Counted from the first letter of the whole stretch, positions 1-9,746 are shown. The stretch is 59,494 bases of DNA, filler included, from 8 parts of 8 records of this genome joined end to end with filler, not necessarily neighbours in it, one strand, 5' to 3'. Notes: generated from the sequence alone by a model not told the origin. Numbers and translations: made by a program.

Positions 1-485
1 ATGATCGCAACCGTCAGGCCGTCAACGGACCCTTTCGCTTCGCGGATGGTAAAGGCATCCAGCAAGGCTTGGCTCGGGTGTTCGTGCATGCCGTCACCGG
101 CGTTAATCACAGAGCAATCGAGGCGCTTGGCAAGGTACTCACAGGCTCCGGATGCGTTATGGCGCATAACAATGGCGTCCGGATTCATCGCTTCGATGTT
201 TTTGGCGGTGTCTTCAAGAGTTTCCCCTTTGACGACAGAGGAACCGGAAGCACTGATGTTGATCGTGTCAGCTGACAGGCGCTTACCAGCTATTTCAAAT
301 GATGTCCGTGTTCTTGTGCTGGCTTCAAAGAACAGGTTGATGATGGTTTTTCCGCGTAAGGTCGGAACTTTTTTGATGTCGCGTCGATTGATTTCTTTAA
401 AGCTGATAGACGTGTCCAGAATGTAGCTAATCTCTTCCGGGGTCAGATCTTTAATCCCGATAATATGCTTGTGCTTGAATATCAT
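1..485 (-). CDS. pyrB: Aspartate carbamoyltransferase catalytic subunit (3' end outside window)
   Basis: Manual translation [14 protein letters not shown]...[13 protein letters not shown]...[24 protein letters not shown] upstream; follows pyrR. Missing from the ORF track because it runs off the window. Confidence 0.95.
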   Translation of the reverse strand, partial: MIFKHKHIIGIKDLTPEEISYILDTSISFKEINRRDIKKVPTLRGKTIINLFFEASTRTRTSFEIAGKRLSADTINISASGSSVVKGETLEDTAKNIEAMNPDAIVMRHNASGACEYLAKRLDCSVINAGDGMHEHPSQALLDAFTIREAKGSVDGLTVAI

Positions 486-500
486 TGATCGCCTCCAGTG

Positions 501-1037
501 TTATGACCGTTCCAGCTGTACGGCCTGGGGTATGTTCTGTTCATCAAAGACAACCTTGACCTGTTCATTCCGTGCTGTCGGAAGATTACGCCCGATATAG
601 TCCGGGCGGATCGGCAGCTCCCGATGTCCACGGTCGACAAGAATCGCCAATTGGATCGCCTTGGGCCGTCCGAGGTCCATGACCGCATCCATTGCTGCAC
701 GGATTGTTCGTCCTGTGAACAGGACATCGTCAACAAGAACAACCTGTTTTCCCGATACAGAAAAGAGGATGTCTGTCTGGCCGACCGAAAGATCGCTCCG
801 GGAAGAGACGTCGTCACGATACATTGTCACGTCGATCATCCCGAGGCTGACGTCTGTATCTTCAATCTTCGTCAGTTTCTTTCCCAGCTCAGAGGCCAGG
901 TAGGCGCCGCCGGTACGGATGCCGAGGATGACAACATCCTCAATCCCTTTGTTCTTTTCGACAATCTCGTGTGCAATCCGGGTGATCGCTCGTTCGATTC
1001 CTTCTCGATCGAGTATTTCTATGGTTTCAGCTGACAT
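501..1037 (-). CDS. pyrR: Pyrimidine operon attenuation protein / uracil phosphoribosyltransferase
   Basis: RIAHEIVEKN, VLVDDVLFTGRTIRAAMDA, DRGHRELPIRPDYIG; start placed at MSAET after a GGAGG RBS. Confidence 0.95.
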   Translation of the reverse strand: MSAETIEILDREGIERAITRIAHEIVEKNKGIEDVVILGIRTGGAYLASELGKKLTKIEDTDVSLGMIDVTMYRDDVSSRSDLSVGQTDILFSVSGKQVVLVDDVLFTGRTIRAAMDAVMDLGRPKAIQLAILVDRGHRELPIRPDYIGRNLPTARNEQVKVVFDEQNIPQAVQLERS

Positions 1038-1061
1038 AATGACCTCCTGAAAATCAGGCAT

Positions 1062-1096
1062 AAAAAAACACCTGCACAAAAAATATGTACAGGTGT
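1062..1096 (-). terminator. Attenuator terminator in the pyrR leader
   Basis: Minus-strand ACACCTGTAC...GTGCAGGTGT hairpin followed by a T tract, directly upstream of the pyrR RBS. Confidence 0.8.
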
Positions 1097-1136
1097 GACG
1101 GTTTCTTTTTTTTGTTTTTAAGGTTCATGTTGATCT

Positions 1137-1169
1137 CCCTTGTTGATCTCTCGTATCAACTTAAAGGGG
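1137..1169 (-). promoter_or_regulatory. PyrR-binding (anti-antiterminator) RNA element
   Basis: Minus strand CCCTTTAA-GTTGAT-ACGAGAG-ATCAAC-AAGGG matches the CUUUAA..hairpin..AAGG layout of PyrR binding loops. Confidence 0.7.
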
Positions 1170-1194
1170 TTTTCATCTATGAATTTCGAGTGAA

Positions 1195-1223
1195 AATTAA
1201 CAATGATGAAAAGGTGATGTCAA
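1195..1223 (-). promoter_or_regulatory. Putative sigma70 promoter of the pyr operon
   Basis: Minus strand TTGACA-17nt-TTAATT upstream of the leader. Confidence 0.5.
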
Positions 1224-1257
1224 TCATCAAAATGTTAAAGTTCATTTAAAACAGTTG

Positions 1258-1923
1258 TCAGTGGATGAGGCGTCCTATCCTTGAAAAACGTATCTTCTCG
1301 ATCAGGTCAGCCTTGGCGTCCCAGGACCAGTATTTTATAAATGCAAGCCCCTTGATTTTTGATCTGTCGACAAAGCCCCAGAAGCGGCTGTCATAGGAAA
1401 AGTCGCGGTTGTCGCCCATGACAAAATAGTTCCCTTCCGGAACTCTAATCGGGCCGGCAAAATCGCGTGGACTGGCGACGGAAGGAATGACCTGGGAATC
1501 CTTATGGACTTCCTGAGGAACATCAAACGGCGCACCGTTGACAAAAACTTTTTTAGATTTGACTTCGATCACGTCACCGGGCAGGCCAATAACACGTTTG
1601 ATGAAATCGCGCCGTTCAAAATAAGACTTGCCTTCATCTTCGGGGAACTCAAAGACGATGACATCTCCCCGTTCCGGATCTCTGAGCTTCAGGTAGCGTT
1701 GATCAGAGAAGGGTAACTTTGTTCCATAGATGAATTTATTGACCAAGAGATGATCGCCAATCAGAAGCGTGTCAAGCATTGATCCCGAAGGGATTTTGAA
1801 TGCCTGAAACAGAAAGGTTCTGATAATCAACGCCAGAACGACAGCAACGATCAGGGCTTCTGACCACTCCCGATACCAGGGTTTCTTGGGACCGCTATCA
1901 ATCTTCTTTTTAAATAAAGGCAT
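1258..1923 (-). CDS. lepB: Signal peptidase I
   Basis: AFKIPSGSM, FIKRVIGLPGD, GDNRDFSYDSRFWG; follows lepA. Confidence 0.96.
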   Translation of the reverse strand: MPLFKKKIDSGPKKPWYREWSEALIVAVVLALIIRTFLFQAFKIPSGSMLDTLLIGDHLLVNKFIYGTKLPFSDQRYLKLRDPERGDVIVFEFPEDEGKSYFERRDFIKRVIGLPGDVIEVKSKKVFVNGAPFDVPQEVHKDSQVIPSVASPRDFAGPIRVPEGNYFVMGDNRDFSYDSRFWGFVDRSKIKGLAFIKYWSWDAKADLIEKIRFSRIGRLIH

Positions 1924-1926
1924 AAT

Positions 1927-3726
1927 CTACTCTTTGACTTTGAGAATTGCCAAAAAGGCATCCTGAGGCAGCTCAACGCTGCCGACCTGTTTCATCCGTT
2001 TCTTACCGGCTTTCTGTTTTTCCAGCAACTTTCTTTTCCGGGTAATGTCACCACCATAACACTTGGCCGTAACATCCTTGCGCAGCGCCTTGACTGTTGA
2101 GCGCGCAATCACCTTGTTTCCAATGGCCGCCTGGATCGCAACTTCGTATTGTTGCCGCGGAATAAACTCTTTCATTTTAGAGACCAGCTCACGACCGCGG
2201 AACTGGGCCTTGTCCTGATGTACGATCAACGAAAGCGCATCAACGACATCCCCATTGATCAGAACATTCAAGCGGACCAGCTTACTGATTCGGAAGTCGA
2301 GATGTTCATAATCGAGGGACGCATAACCCCGGGTCACAGATTTCAGGCGGTCGAAAAAGTCGAGTACAATTTCATTTAATGGCAATTCATACACGACCAT
2401 AACCCGATTGGATGTCAGGTACTTCAGCTCTCTCTGAACGCCGCGCTTTTCGATACAGAGGCTCAAAACAGCGCCGACAAAATCATTCGGAACGTGGATG
2501 GACGCAAGGACAAAGGGTTCTTCGATTGTCTCGATGTACTGAACATCAGGGAGCATGTTCGCACTTTCGACCTCAAGGACTTCACCTTTTGTCGTTGTGA
2601 CCTTATAGACAACCGTCGGGGCCGTTGTAATCAGTTCGACACCGAATTCACGCTCCAGGCGTTCCTGGATAATCTCCATATGGAGCAGTCCAAGAAATCC
2701 ACAGCGGAAACCGAAACCGAGAGCCAGAGAGTTTTCCGGTTCGAAGGAGAATGCTGCATCGTTAAGGCGCAATTTTTCCAGCGCATCCCGCAGGGCATCG
2801 TAGTCAGCCGAATCGATCGGATAAAGCCCTGAGAAAACCATCGGCTTCACTTCCTGATATCCCGAAAGTGGCTCTGCTGCAGGCTTGTGAAAATGAGTAA
2901 TGGTGTCGCCGACCTTCGCATCTTCTACAACTTTGATTCCCGCAATCAGGAACCCGACCTCGCCCGCCGAAAGTGACGGCAGTTCGAGAGGATGCGGGCT
3001 GAAAGCACCGACTTTCTGCACTTCGTAAACGCCACCGGTCGCCATCAGCTTGATTTTATCGCCTTTTTTGACCTGTCCATCGATGATGCGGACCAGTACA
3101 ATGACACCCTGATACGAGTCGTACCAGGAATCAAAGGTCAGCGCTTTCAATGGTGCTTCCCGGTCGCCTTCGGGAGCAGGAACACGCTGAACGACGGCCT
3201 CAAGGATATCCTCGATGCCGATACTCTCTTTGGCGCTGGCGAGAATGGCATCAGAGGTGTCAATGCCGATGATCTCTTCAACTTCTTCTTTTATTCTTTC
3301 CGGTTCCGCGCTCGGCAGGTCAATCTTGTTAATGACCGGAAAGACTTCGAGATCCTGATCAATGGCCATATAAACGTTGGCCAGAGTTTGTGCTTCGACT
3401 CCCTGAGCGGCATCGACAACAAGCATCGCTCCTTCACAGGCAGAAAGAGAGCGGCTGACTTCATAGGAAAAGTCAACGTGCCCGGGTGTGTCGATCAGAT
3501 TGAGGGTGTAGTCCTGCCCGTCTTGAGCGGTATAGTTAAGACGAACAGCCTGTGCCTTGATCGTAATGCCCCGCTCCTGCTCAAGTTCCATCTTGTCCAG
3601 GTATTGATCTGAACGCTCCCGTTCACTCAAGGCCCCGGTCTGCTCAAGGAGCCTGTCTGCAAGAGTCGACTTGCCGTGATCGATGTGGGCGATAATTGAA
3701 AAATTTCGTATGTTTTTCTGGTTCAT
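1927..3726 (-). CDS. lepA: Elongation factor 4
   Basis: [46 protein letters not shown]; start placed at MNQKN. Confidence 0.98.
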   Translation of the reverse strand: MNQKNIRNFSIIAHIDHGKSTLADRLLEQTGALSERERSDQYLDKMELEQERGITIKAQAVRLNYTAQDGQDYTLNLIDTPGHVDFSYEVSRSLSACEGAMLVVDAAQGVEAQTLANVYMAIDQDLEVFPVINKIDLPSAEPERIKEEVEEIIGIDTSDAILASAKESIGIEDILEAVVQRVPAPEGDREAPLKALTFDSWYDSYQGVIVLVRIIDGQVKKGDKIKLMATGGVYEVQKVGAFSPHPLELPSLSAGEVGFLIAGIKVVEDAKVGDTITHFHKPAAEPLSGYQEVKPMVFSGLYPIDSADYDALRDALEKLRLNDAAFSFEPENSLALGFGFRCGFLGLLHMEIIQERLEREFGVELITTAPTVVYKVTTTKGEVLEVESANMLPDVQYIETIEEPFVLASIHVPNDFVGAVLSLCIEKRGVQRELKYLTSNRVMVVYELPLNEIVLDFFDRLKSVTRGYASLDYEHLDFRISKLVRLNVLINGDVVDALSLIVHQDKAQFRGRELVSKMKEFIPRQQYEVAIQAAIGNKVIARSTVKALRKDVTAKCYGGDITRKRKLLEKQKAGKKRMKQVGSVELPQDAFLAILKVKE

Positions 3727-4015
3727 CAGTGTCCAAATAGTGTGAAATATGTAGCAGAAATTTAACCGCACATATTAGTCACGAACATAAAGAGATGTAA
3801 AGAATAAAGAAGCTGGAGAGCTTTATCCTGAGCGCTTTAAATATATCACTCTGCCATATCAAAGAAAATATCACTGATATTGCCTGTCAGCATCAAAGAA
3901 GTTGATTGGTTTCAAATAGTTATAAGCAACCCGCTTGTACCGTCGTACCTGTTGTGGTATAAGCAGAAACTGTGGAAATTATAAGTCTCATGAGAATATG
4001 GAGTTATTAACTGGC

Positions 4016-4180
4016 ATGGATCGGAGTGATCGTTCAAAGCAGGAACCTGTAGAGATTATCTGCCCAAAATGCCGACATACGGAGATTATATACCTTCCTG
4101 TAACAGATCTACCGATTTGCCCTGAGTGCAATATTCAAATGTCGTTCTCTGAACTTCTCGACGAGGGCAAATCTTATTGA
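4016..4180 (+). CDS. Small zinc-ribbon protein
   Basis: 54 aa with two CxxC pairs (CPKC, CPEC), ending ELLDEGKSY. Confidence 0.65.
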   Translation: MDRSDRSKQEPVEIICPKCRHTEIIYLPVTDLPICPECNIQMSFSELLDEGKSY

Positions 4181-4242
4181 AAGTCGTTTAACTGCCGAAT
4201 TTCTCGGCTCAACCTTCCTTAAAATGAAGATGGAGGAAATCA

Positions 4243-5046
4243 ATGAAACACCTGAAACTTGTGCTTGCTTGCCTTTTGGCTCTCTGTGTCGTTCTGCCGA
4301 CAGTTGCCTCTGCTGACACCCTTAAGCAAATCCAGAAAAGTGGCGTCCTGCGCGTCGGAATGGAACCTGGATACATGCCTTTTGAAATGACCAATCAAAA
4401 AGGTGAAATCATCGGTTTTGACGTGGACATGGCCAAGCGCATTGCAAAAGCGATGGGCGTGAAGCTTGAGCTTGTCAGCACCGCATGGGACGGTATCATC
4501 CCGGGCCTGATCACCAATAAATACGATATCATCATGAGTGGTATGACCTTGACTCAGGAGAGAAACCTCTCTGTTAACTTCGCGACCCCATATATCGTTG
4601 TTGGTCAGAGTATCCTGATCAAGAAGTCGATCGCTGGTGAGGTCAAATCTTACAAAGACCTGAATAACAAGAAATACAAAGTTGCGTCCAAGCTTGGAAC
4701 AACTGGTGAACAAGCTGTCAAGCGTATGATTCCAAAATGTGAATACATCTCATTTGAAACCGAGCAGGAAGGCGTTATGGATCTGCTCAACGGTAAAGTT
4801 GACGCTTTTGTCTACGACCTCCCCTTCATGGCGATTGCAAACGCTCAGAAAAACAACGGCAGCCTCGTTTTCCTGGATGAGCCATTTACTTATGAGCCTC
4901 TGGCATGGGCCGTTCGTCCAGACAACCACAACCTGATTAACTGGCTGAACAACTTCATGAACCAGGCTAAGAGTGATGGTACCTACGACAAGATTTATGC
5001 AAAGTGGTTCCTCAGCGATGCATGGTTGAAGCAGGTTCAAAACTAA
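4243..5046 (+). CDS. Amino-acid ABC transporter substrate-binding protein (family 3)
   Basis: Signal peptide, LRVGMEPGYMPFE, GFDVDMA, WDGIIPGL; GGAGG RBS. Confidence 0.92.
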   Translation: MKHLKLVLACLLALCVVLPTVASADTLKQIQKSGVLRVGMEPGYMPFEMTNQKGEIIGFDVDMAKRIAKAMGVKLELVSTAWDGIIPGLITNKYDIIMSGMTLTQERNLSVNFATPYIVVGQSILIKKSIAGEVKSYKDLNNKKYKVASKLGTTGEQAVKRMIPKCEYISFETEQEGVMDLLNGKVDAFVYDLPFMAIANAQKNNGSLVFLDEPFTYEPLAWAVRPDNHNLINWLNNFMNQAKSDGTYDKIYAKWFLSDAWLKQVQN

Positions 5047-5062
5047 TTGTTTGATTCCTAGG

Positions 5063-5162
5063 NNNNNNNNNNNNNNNNNNNNNNNNNNNNNNNNNNNNNN
5101 NNNNNNTTAATTAATTAANNNNNNNNNNNNNNNNNNNNNNNNNNNNNNNNNNNNNNNNNNNN
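5063..5162. other. Artificial contig linker (also at 10844-10943, 21995-22094, 31232-31331, 37173-37272, 42640-42739, 52470-52569)
   Basis: Identical N44-TTAATTAATTAA-N44 spacer with stops in all frames; gene content and composition change across each one. Confidence 0.99.
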
Positions 5163-5164
5163 CC

Positions 5165-6541
5165 CCTAAAGATGCACTGACTTATTGGCAGTCTAAAACG
5201 GCTGTCGGCGCTGAAGAGTTTTACAAACTCGAAGCCCACGCCAGGGCTACGGCGTTCACGGTATCCGGTCTGTCAAAACTCGATCAGGTTCAGGCCGTTC
5301 AGGACAGTCTCACCAAAGCGTTGAAAGAAGGCAAAGGGTTCAAATCCTGGAAAAAGGAAATCCTCGAAAAATTGCCCAAAGAGTGGGCGGGCATGTCGTT
5401 TCGACTGGAAACCATCTATCGAACCAACATCCAGACCGCCTACAGCGTAGGTAGATACAAACAGCTGATGAAGGTCACGGAGATGCGGCCGTACTGGCGT
5501 TACTCCGCCATCAAGGATCATCGAACCCGTCCGGCGCACTCTCTACTTCACGGCACCATCAAGCGTCATGACGACCCCTTCTGGGATGTTTGGTTTCCGC
5601 CAAACGGATTCAGGTGCAGATGCACGGTCACCAGCCTCTCCGAACGTGACATGAAACGGAAGGGTTACGAGGTGGACGACAAGCTGACATCCGGTGATTT
5701 CGTGGTGTCGGATGAGTACCCCATGGGGTTCTACCTACTGCCGGACAACAACTTCGGAACCAACCCGGCAAAGAGCTTCTGGAAACCTGATTTCAAAAAG
5801 TATGACCCATCCCTTGCCCAGGCGACGAAAAAGGCTATTGGACGGGTCACCGGTAAAGAACCGCTGGGTGTCAAAAAGCGGGCAGATATGGTCGAGGTGA
5901 TCAAAGATAAGCTGGCACCATTGTCGAAACAGGGACTCAAAGATGTCGAGTTCAAAAGCTTTGATGCGTTGATGTCCACTAATGCTGTCGGCGGGATCAC
6001 CATTTCCACAAAGAAGTTCCATGAAATCGGCATGACACCGTCCAAAGATTTACTGGCCGCTTTCAAAAAATTGGGGACCAAAAACAAACTTAGTTTCAAT
6101 GAGGAATACGCCCTGGAGAGCCTGTGGCATGAGATTCAGCACAACAACCAGAAACTTGCAGGCCCCATGCCTGACCCGAAACATTATTCATATGCATTGA
6201 TGGAGACTGTTAACCAGTGGGTTTCGAGGCGAACCTATCCGCGTATGCTTAACAAGCTTGGCGGGTACAAACCGGTACATCTGAAAAAAGTAAAAAGCGA
6301 TGGATACGGATATGGGCTTTTTATTAGTCGATTTGATGAGCTGCTGAAAGTGCTCGGTGTGGAAGAAACCCGGATATTAGGGCAGATGGAAGCCATTCAT
6401 AGAGATATCGGGGGCTTCGACTACGAACCGGCGTTAAGTGAATTGTTGTCCAAAATAAGCGGAAAAAAGAGAGGAAAAATCAGCCAATGTTTGAAGGCCA
6501 TCAGAGAGAACGATTATGCAGCATGTCTGGAAGCGCTTTAA
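5165..6541 (+). CDS. MuF (gpF) head morphogenesis protein with C-terminal HExxH metallopeptidase-like extension (5' truncated)
   Basis: Frame open from the contig edge (AFTVSG...RLETIYRTNIQTAY...YSAIKDHRTRPAH...DPFWDVWFPPNGFRCRC); C-terminal ~230 aa contains ESLWHEIQH and a downstream Glu. Confidence 0.9.
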   Translation, partial: PKDALTYWQSKTAVGAEEFYKLEAHARATAFTVSGLSKLDQVQAVQDSLTKALKEGKGFKSWKKEILEKLPKEWAGMSFRLETIYRTNIQTAYSVGRYKQLMKVTEMRPYWRYSAIKDHRTRPAHSLLHGTIKRHDDPFWDVWFPPNGFRCRCTVTSLSERDMKRKGYEVDDKLTSGDFVVSDEYPMGFYLLPDNNFGTNPAKSFWKPDFKKYDPSLAQATKKAIGRVTGKEPLGVKKRADMVEVIKDKLAPLSKQGLKDVEFKSFDALMSTNAVGGITISTKKFHEIGMTPSKDLLAAFKKLGTKNKLSFNEEYALESLWHEIQHNNQKLAGPMPDPKHYSYALMETVNQWVSRRTYPRMLNKLGGYKPVHLKKVKSDGYGYGLFISRFDELLKVLGVEETRILGQMEAIHRDIGGFDYEPALSELLSKISGKKRGKISQCLKAIRENDYAACLEAL

Positions 6542-6816
6542 CTCAACTGCAGGCAGCCACCGGCAAGCTCATGCCCAAGGGTGAAAGTATCCGGACAGCC
6601 CTCTTTCTTGGCGCGCTCAAAGTACTCATTTACTTTGTCCTGCTGACCTCGACCTTTGAACAGAAAACAAAGTTGCCAAAAATCGACACCTGTGCCGTTT
6701 TCAAGGCGTGTTTGATAGCTTTGAATCTCTTCCTCGGATTCATAACCGAATTCAGCCAATTCTTGCCGGGTCGGGGCATGGTCGAAAATGGACTCATATT
6801 TGAATTTAAACGCCAT
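6538..6816 (-). CDS. Small acidic hypothetical protein, candidate immunity protein
   Basis: 92 aa, Glu-rich; convergent with muF, with overlapping stop codons. Confidence 0.65.
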   Translation of the reverse strand: MAFKFKYESIFDHAPTRQELAEFGYESEEEIQSYQTRLENGTGVDFWQLCFLFKGRGQQDKVNEYFERAKKEGCPDTFTLGHELAGGCLQLS

Positions 6817-6893
6817 AGTTGAGGCCTCGCAATTGGGTAAAGATTTGCAACGATTAAATACTGTAACCGGTTGACGTCATTCCGTCAAGTCAA

Positions 6894-7886
6894 ATGGAGA
6901 ACAGCATCATGAACGATTGGGATCCCATATTCAAAGCAGGCATTCACACCAGCAGCACCGGGCAAACCCGTGAATGGAGCGAATCCGACCTGGTCAATCT
7001 CGTAAACAACACAGTGGATGAGCCTCCCATTGTCATCCATCACCCAAAGGATCAGAGCAAGGCAATCGAATTCGGCAAAATTGCCCGTTTAAAGCGCGTA
7101 GGCGGTGAGTTGCTGGCTCAGTACCGGGATGTGCCTGAAATACTCTCCAAAGCGGTAAACCAGGGCCTCAAGCTGGCAAAGTCGGTGAGCATCGATCCCC
7201 TGTCCATGAAAATCCGCCATGTGGGCCTTCTGGGAGCCAATCAGCCACCGGCGGTGGAGGGACTCGGGCCGGTCAGCTTCAGCGCCGGGAACAACAACGA
7301 TGATAGCGATAACGAGGGGGAGCCCCTCTTGACATACTTCTTCAACCAACAACCCAAAGACAACGACAATCCGGCAACCGAAATGCCGGGAACGGAGAGG
7401 ACAGTGGACCCGAAAGACCAAAAGATCAAGGACCTGGAAGAGAAGATCAAAACCCTGGAGGCGGACAAAACCGTCGATCAACTCAAGACGGATCTGGAAC
7501 ACGCCAAAAATGAGCTGAAAGAAGAGAAGACGGCTCACCAAGCCACAAAAGAGGAATTCTCCAAATTCAAAAAGGATCGGGAAGACGAAAAACTGAAAAG
7601 CCGGGTGGATGCCCTGGCCGAATCGGGGCGGATCAAGCCTGCCGAAAAAGAAAAAGTGCTGGGTTATGCCAAGGTGATGAGCTCCGACAGCACCCCCATG
7701 GAATTTTCCAAACCGGACGGTTCCAAAGAAGTGGTCTCCCCCGGAGAACTCTATCTGAGAGATTTGGAAGCCCTTCCTGAAAACAAAGACGGCCTTTTGG
7801 CCGAGTTTGCCGCTCCGGATCGAGCGGGTCATGCCTCTTACAGTGAGCCGGATGACTGGAGCAAGGATATCAACGATTTTGCCTAG
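6894..7886 (+). CDS. Mu gpI-like prohead protease/scaffold
   Basis: IFKAGIH, PIVIHHP, SVSI, RHVGLLGANQPPAVEGL protease region followed by a coiled-coil scaffold region. Confidence 0.85.
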   Translation: MENSIMNDWDPIFKAGIHTSSTGQTREWSESDLVNLVNNTVDEPPIVIHHPKDQSKAIEFGKIARLKRVGGELLAQYRDVPEILSKAVNQGLKLAKSVSIDPLSMKIRHVGLLGANQPPAVEGLGPVSFSAGNNNDDSDNEGEPLLTYFFNQQPKDNDNPATEMPGTERTVDPKDQKIKDLEEKIKTLEADKTVDQLKTDLEHAKNELKEEKTAHQATKEEFSKFKKDREDEKLKSRVDALAESGRIKPAEKEKVLGYAKVMSSDSTPMEFSKPDGSKEVVSPGELYLRDLEALPENKDGLLAEFAAPDRAGHASYSEPDDWSKDINDFA

Positions 7887-7922
7887 GAACACACCCGAAC
7901 AATTCCTTAAGGAGAACAACCC

Positions 7923-8273
7923 ATGACTATCAGCGGAAATGTATCGTCAACAACCTTTGAACTCGAACGGGCCGGGCTGCCCCTCACACCGGTGAACATC
8001 CAGAATGTCTCCCTCAACTCCGACAGCAAGGTCTGGCCCTGCGGTCTGATACTCCACAAAGGCGCATCCGGGTGGGAACCCTACACAGACACCGACACGG
8101 GCCTTCTGGCTGTGTTGGATCAGGAAACGGACACGGCCAAAAGCGATTCCGCTCCGGCGGTACGCTTCGGTGTCGTGAAAAACGACCTGCTCAAGGTGGG
8201 CGTGGACACCCCGGCAACTCCGGCTTCAACCGATTTGGACAAGCTGGAAGCGCAGCACATTTACCCGGTTTAA
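7923..8273 (+). CDS. Head decoration protein-like
   Basis: 116 aa between scaffold and capsid genes; AAGGAG RBS. Confidence 0.7.
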   Translation: MTISGNVSSTTFELERAGLPLTPVNIQNVSLNSDSKVWPCGLILHKGASGWEPYTDTDTGLLAVLDQETDTAKSDSAPAVRFGVVKNDLLKVGVDTPATPASTDLDKLEAQHIYPV

Positions 8274-8305
8274 CCCCAACATTTTAACGTATCAGGAGAT
8301 TCCCA

Positions 8306-9289
8306 ATGCTGGACTTACGCAAATTTTACAATCCCAAAACAGTGGCGCAGCGCCTCAAGCAGATGCTGCCCCTGAAAACCACGGTGGTGAATGAGTTTTT
8401 CACCAGAACGGTCAATCACCCCTTCGACAAGGTGGGTAAAAGCGATCTGAGCGGCATACTCGCCACCATGCCTCTGATTGCCCGAGGTGCGCCTTCACTG
8501 GCAGTGAAACGCGGCACGTTGTCCCTGGACGATTACGAGCCCTTTGAAGTGGCTCCCCATGATTTTTTCACGGCAGCGGACATGAACCGTCTCAAGATCC
8601 TGGATGAGCAGGGTATTCAAGCTCGACTGGCTGGTGTTGACGACAACCTGCGTCGGATCTGCCGGGCCACCACCGAAGGTATCGCATCCAAGGCCCTGAC
8701 CGGAAAAATCGAGTGGCCCGTGGCCATGGAGGGCGGCGGTACCGACACCTACGAGGTGGATTTCGGATCAACCTTGACCCACACGCCAACCAAGTTGTGG
8801 GATGCGGCTGACGCCAATGTAAGAGGGATTTTCGATGATCTCCAGGAAATGGAGACCGCCGTCCAGGATGCCGGATACGGCGGTATCGTCAAATTCTGGG
8901 CCGGTAAGGATGTGTATACCCAGCTGTTGGCCATGGTGGAAGTGTACGGAGAGAATCCCAAGGCCAAATTGAGGGTGGAGGTATCAAAAGAAGGCATCAC
9001 CATCGGCGGTTTCCTCATCAAAAAGATGGCCGAGACTTACAAAGACCCGAAAACCGGCGCCGCTGTGGACAAGGTCGATCCCAAGAATATCATGGCCTTT
9101 GCCACGGATGCTGTTCATACGCTGTTTTACTGCGCTCTGGATGATCTGGACGGTAAGCTGGCCCCATTGCCTTACTTTTCCAAGCCGGTGAAAAGCGCGG
9201 ATCCGTCGGGTGTGAAAATCATTGGGAGAAGTAAGCCATTTCCGGCACCGGTGGTCAATGCGATCTGCTGGGCCACAGTGATTTCCTGA
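8306..9289 (+). CDS. Major capsid protein (capsid E-like)
   Basis: Size, position, YEVDFG motif and C-terminal SKPFPAP. Confidence 0.85.
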   Translation: MLDLRKFYNPKTVAQRLKQMLPLKTTVVNEFFTRTVNHPFDKVGKSDLSGILATMPLIARGAPSLAVKRGTLSLDDYEPFEVAPHDFFTAADMNRLKILDEQGIQARLAGVDDNLRRICRATTEGIASKALTGKIEWPVAMEGGGTDTYEVDFGSTLTHTPTKLWDAADANVRGIFDDLQEMETAVQDAGYGGIVKFWAGKDVYTQLLAMVEVYGENPKAKLRVEVSKEGITIGGFLIKKMAETYKDPKTGAAVDKVDPKNIMAFATDAVHTLFYCALDDLDGKLAPLPYFSKPVKSADPSGVKIIGRSKPFPAPVVNAICWATVIS

Positions 9290-9744
9290 TGGCGGCTTAC
9301 TGCACATTGGACGACATTCTGAAGGCCATGGATGAGCAGGATGTCATCCGGTTCAGCAATGACGGATTCACCGATGCCGATACGCCGAACAGCGATGTGG
9401 TGGACGCCATCATCGGCAGTGCAACCGCGGTTGTCGATTCCTACATTGCCGGTCGGTACGGGGCCGAGATTGCGGATCCGCCGGAGCTGATCGTCTCCCT
9501 GACCGTGGATATCAGCCTTTACAAATTGTCGTCCAGAAAGGGAGACGCTCCAGAGGAATACCGAAAGCGCTACGAAGATGCCGTCAAGCTGCTGGAGCGG
9601 ATCTCCGACGGCAAGGCGGACATTCCCGGCGTGGTTCGGGATGAATATGCCGACGCCGGTACCGGCATCGACGACTCGACAGCTTCGGTGGTGTCGCAAA
9701 TACCGTTTTACTCCGGCTCCGGTGGCGGATTGAAAGGATTCTGA
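9289..9744 (+). CDS. Mu gp36/DUF1320-like head-tail adaptor
   Basis: YCTLDD, DSYIAGRY, DISLYKL, RYEDAVKLLERISDGK. Confidence 0.88.
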   Translation: MAAYCTLDDILKAMDEQDVIRFSNDGFTDADTPNSDVVDAIIGSATAVVDSYIAGRYGAEIADPPELIVSLTVDISLYKLSSRKGDAPEEYRKRYEDAVKLLERISDGKADIPGVVRDEYADAGTGIDDSTASVVSQIPFYSGSGGGLKGF

Positions 9745-9746
9745 TC

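Noticed and set aside
5063-5162. Repeated TTAATTAATTAA within N runs, as a biological repeat or CRISPR
   Set aside because: Identical synthetic linker at all seven joins; gene adjacency across linkers is meaningless.
6487-6822. Plus-strand 111-aa ORF after muF as the immunity gene
   Set aside because: It overlaps muF by 55 nt, has no clear RBS, and reads like the shadow of the more protein-like minus-strand ORF; not fully excluded.
7089-7919. 276-aa antisense ORF
   Set aside because: Shadow of the protease/scaffold gene with no recognisable motif.
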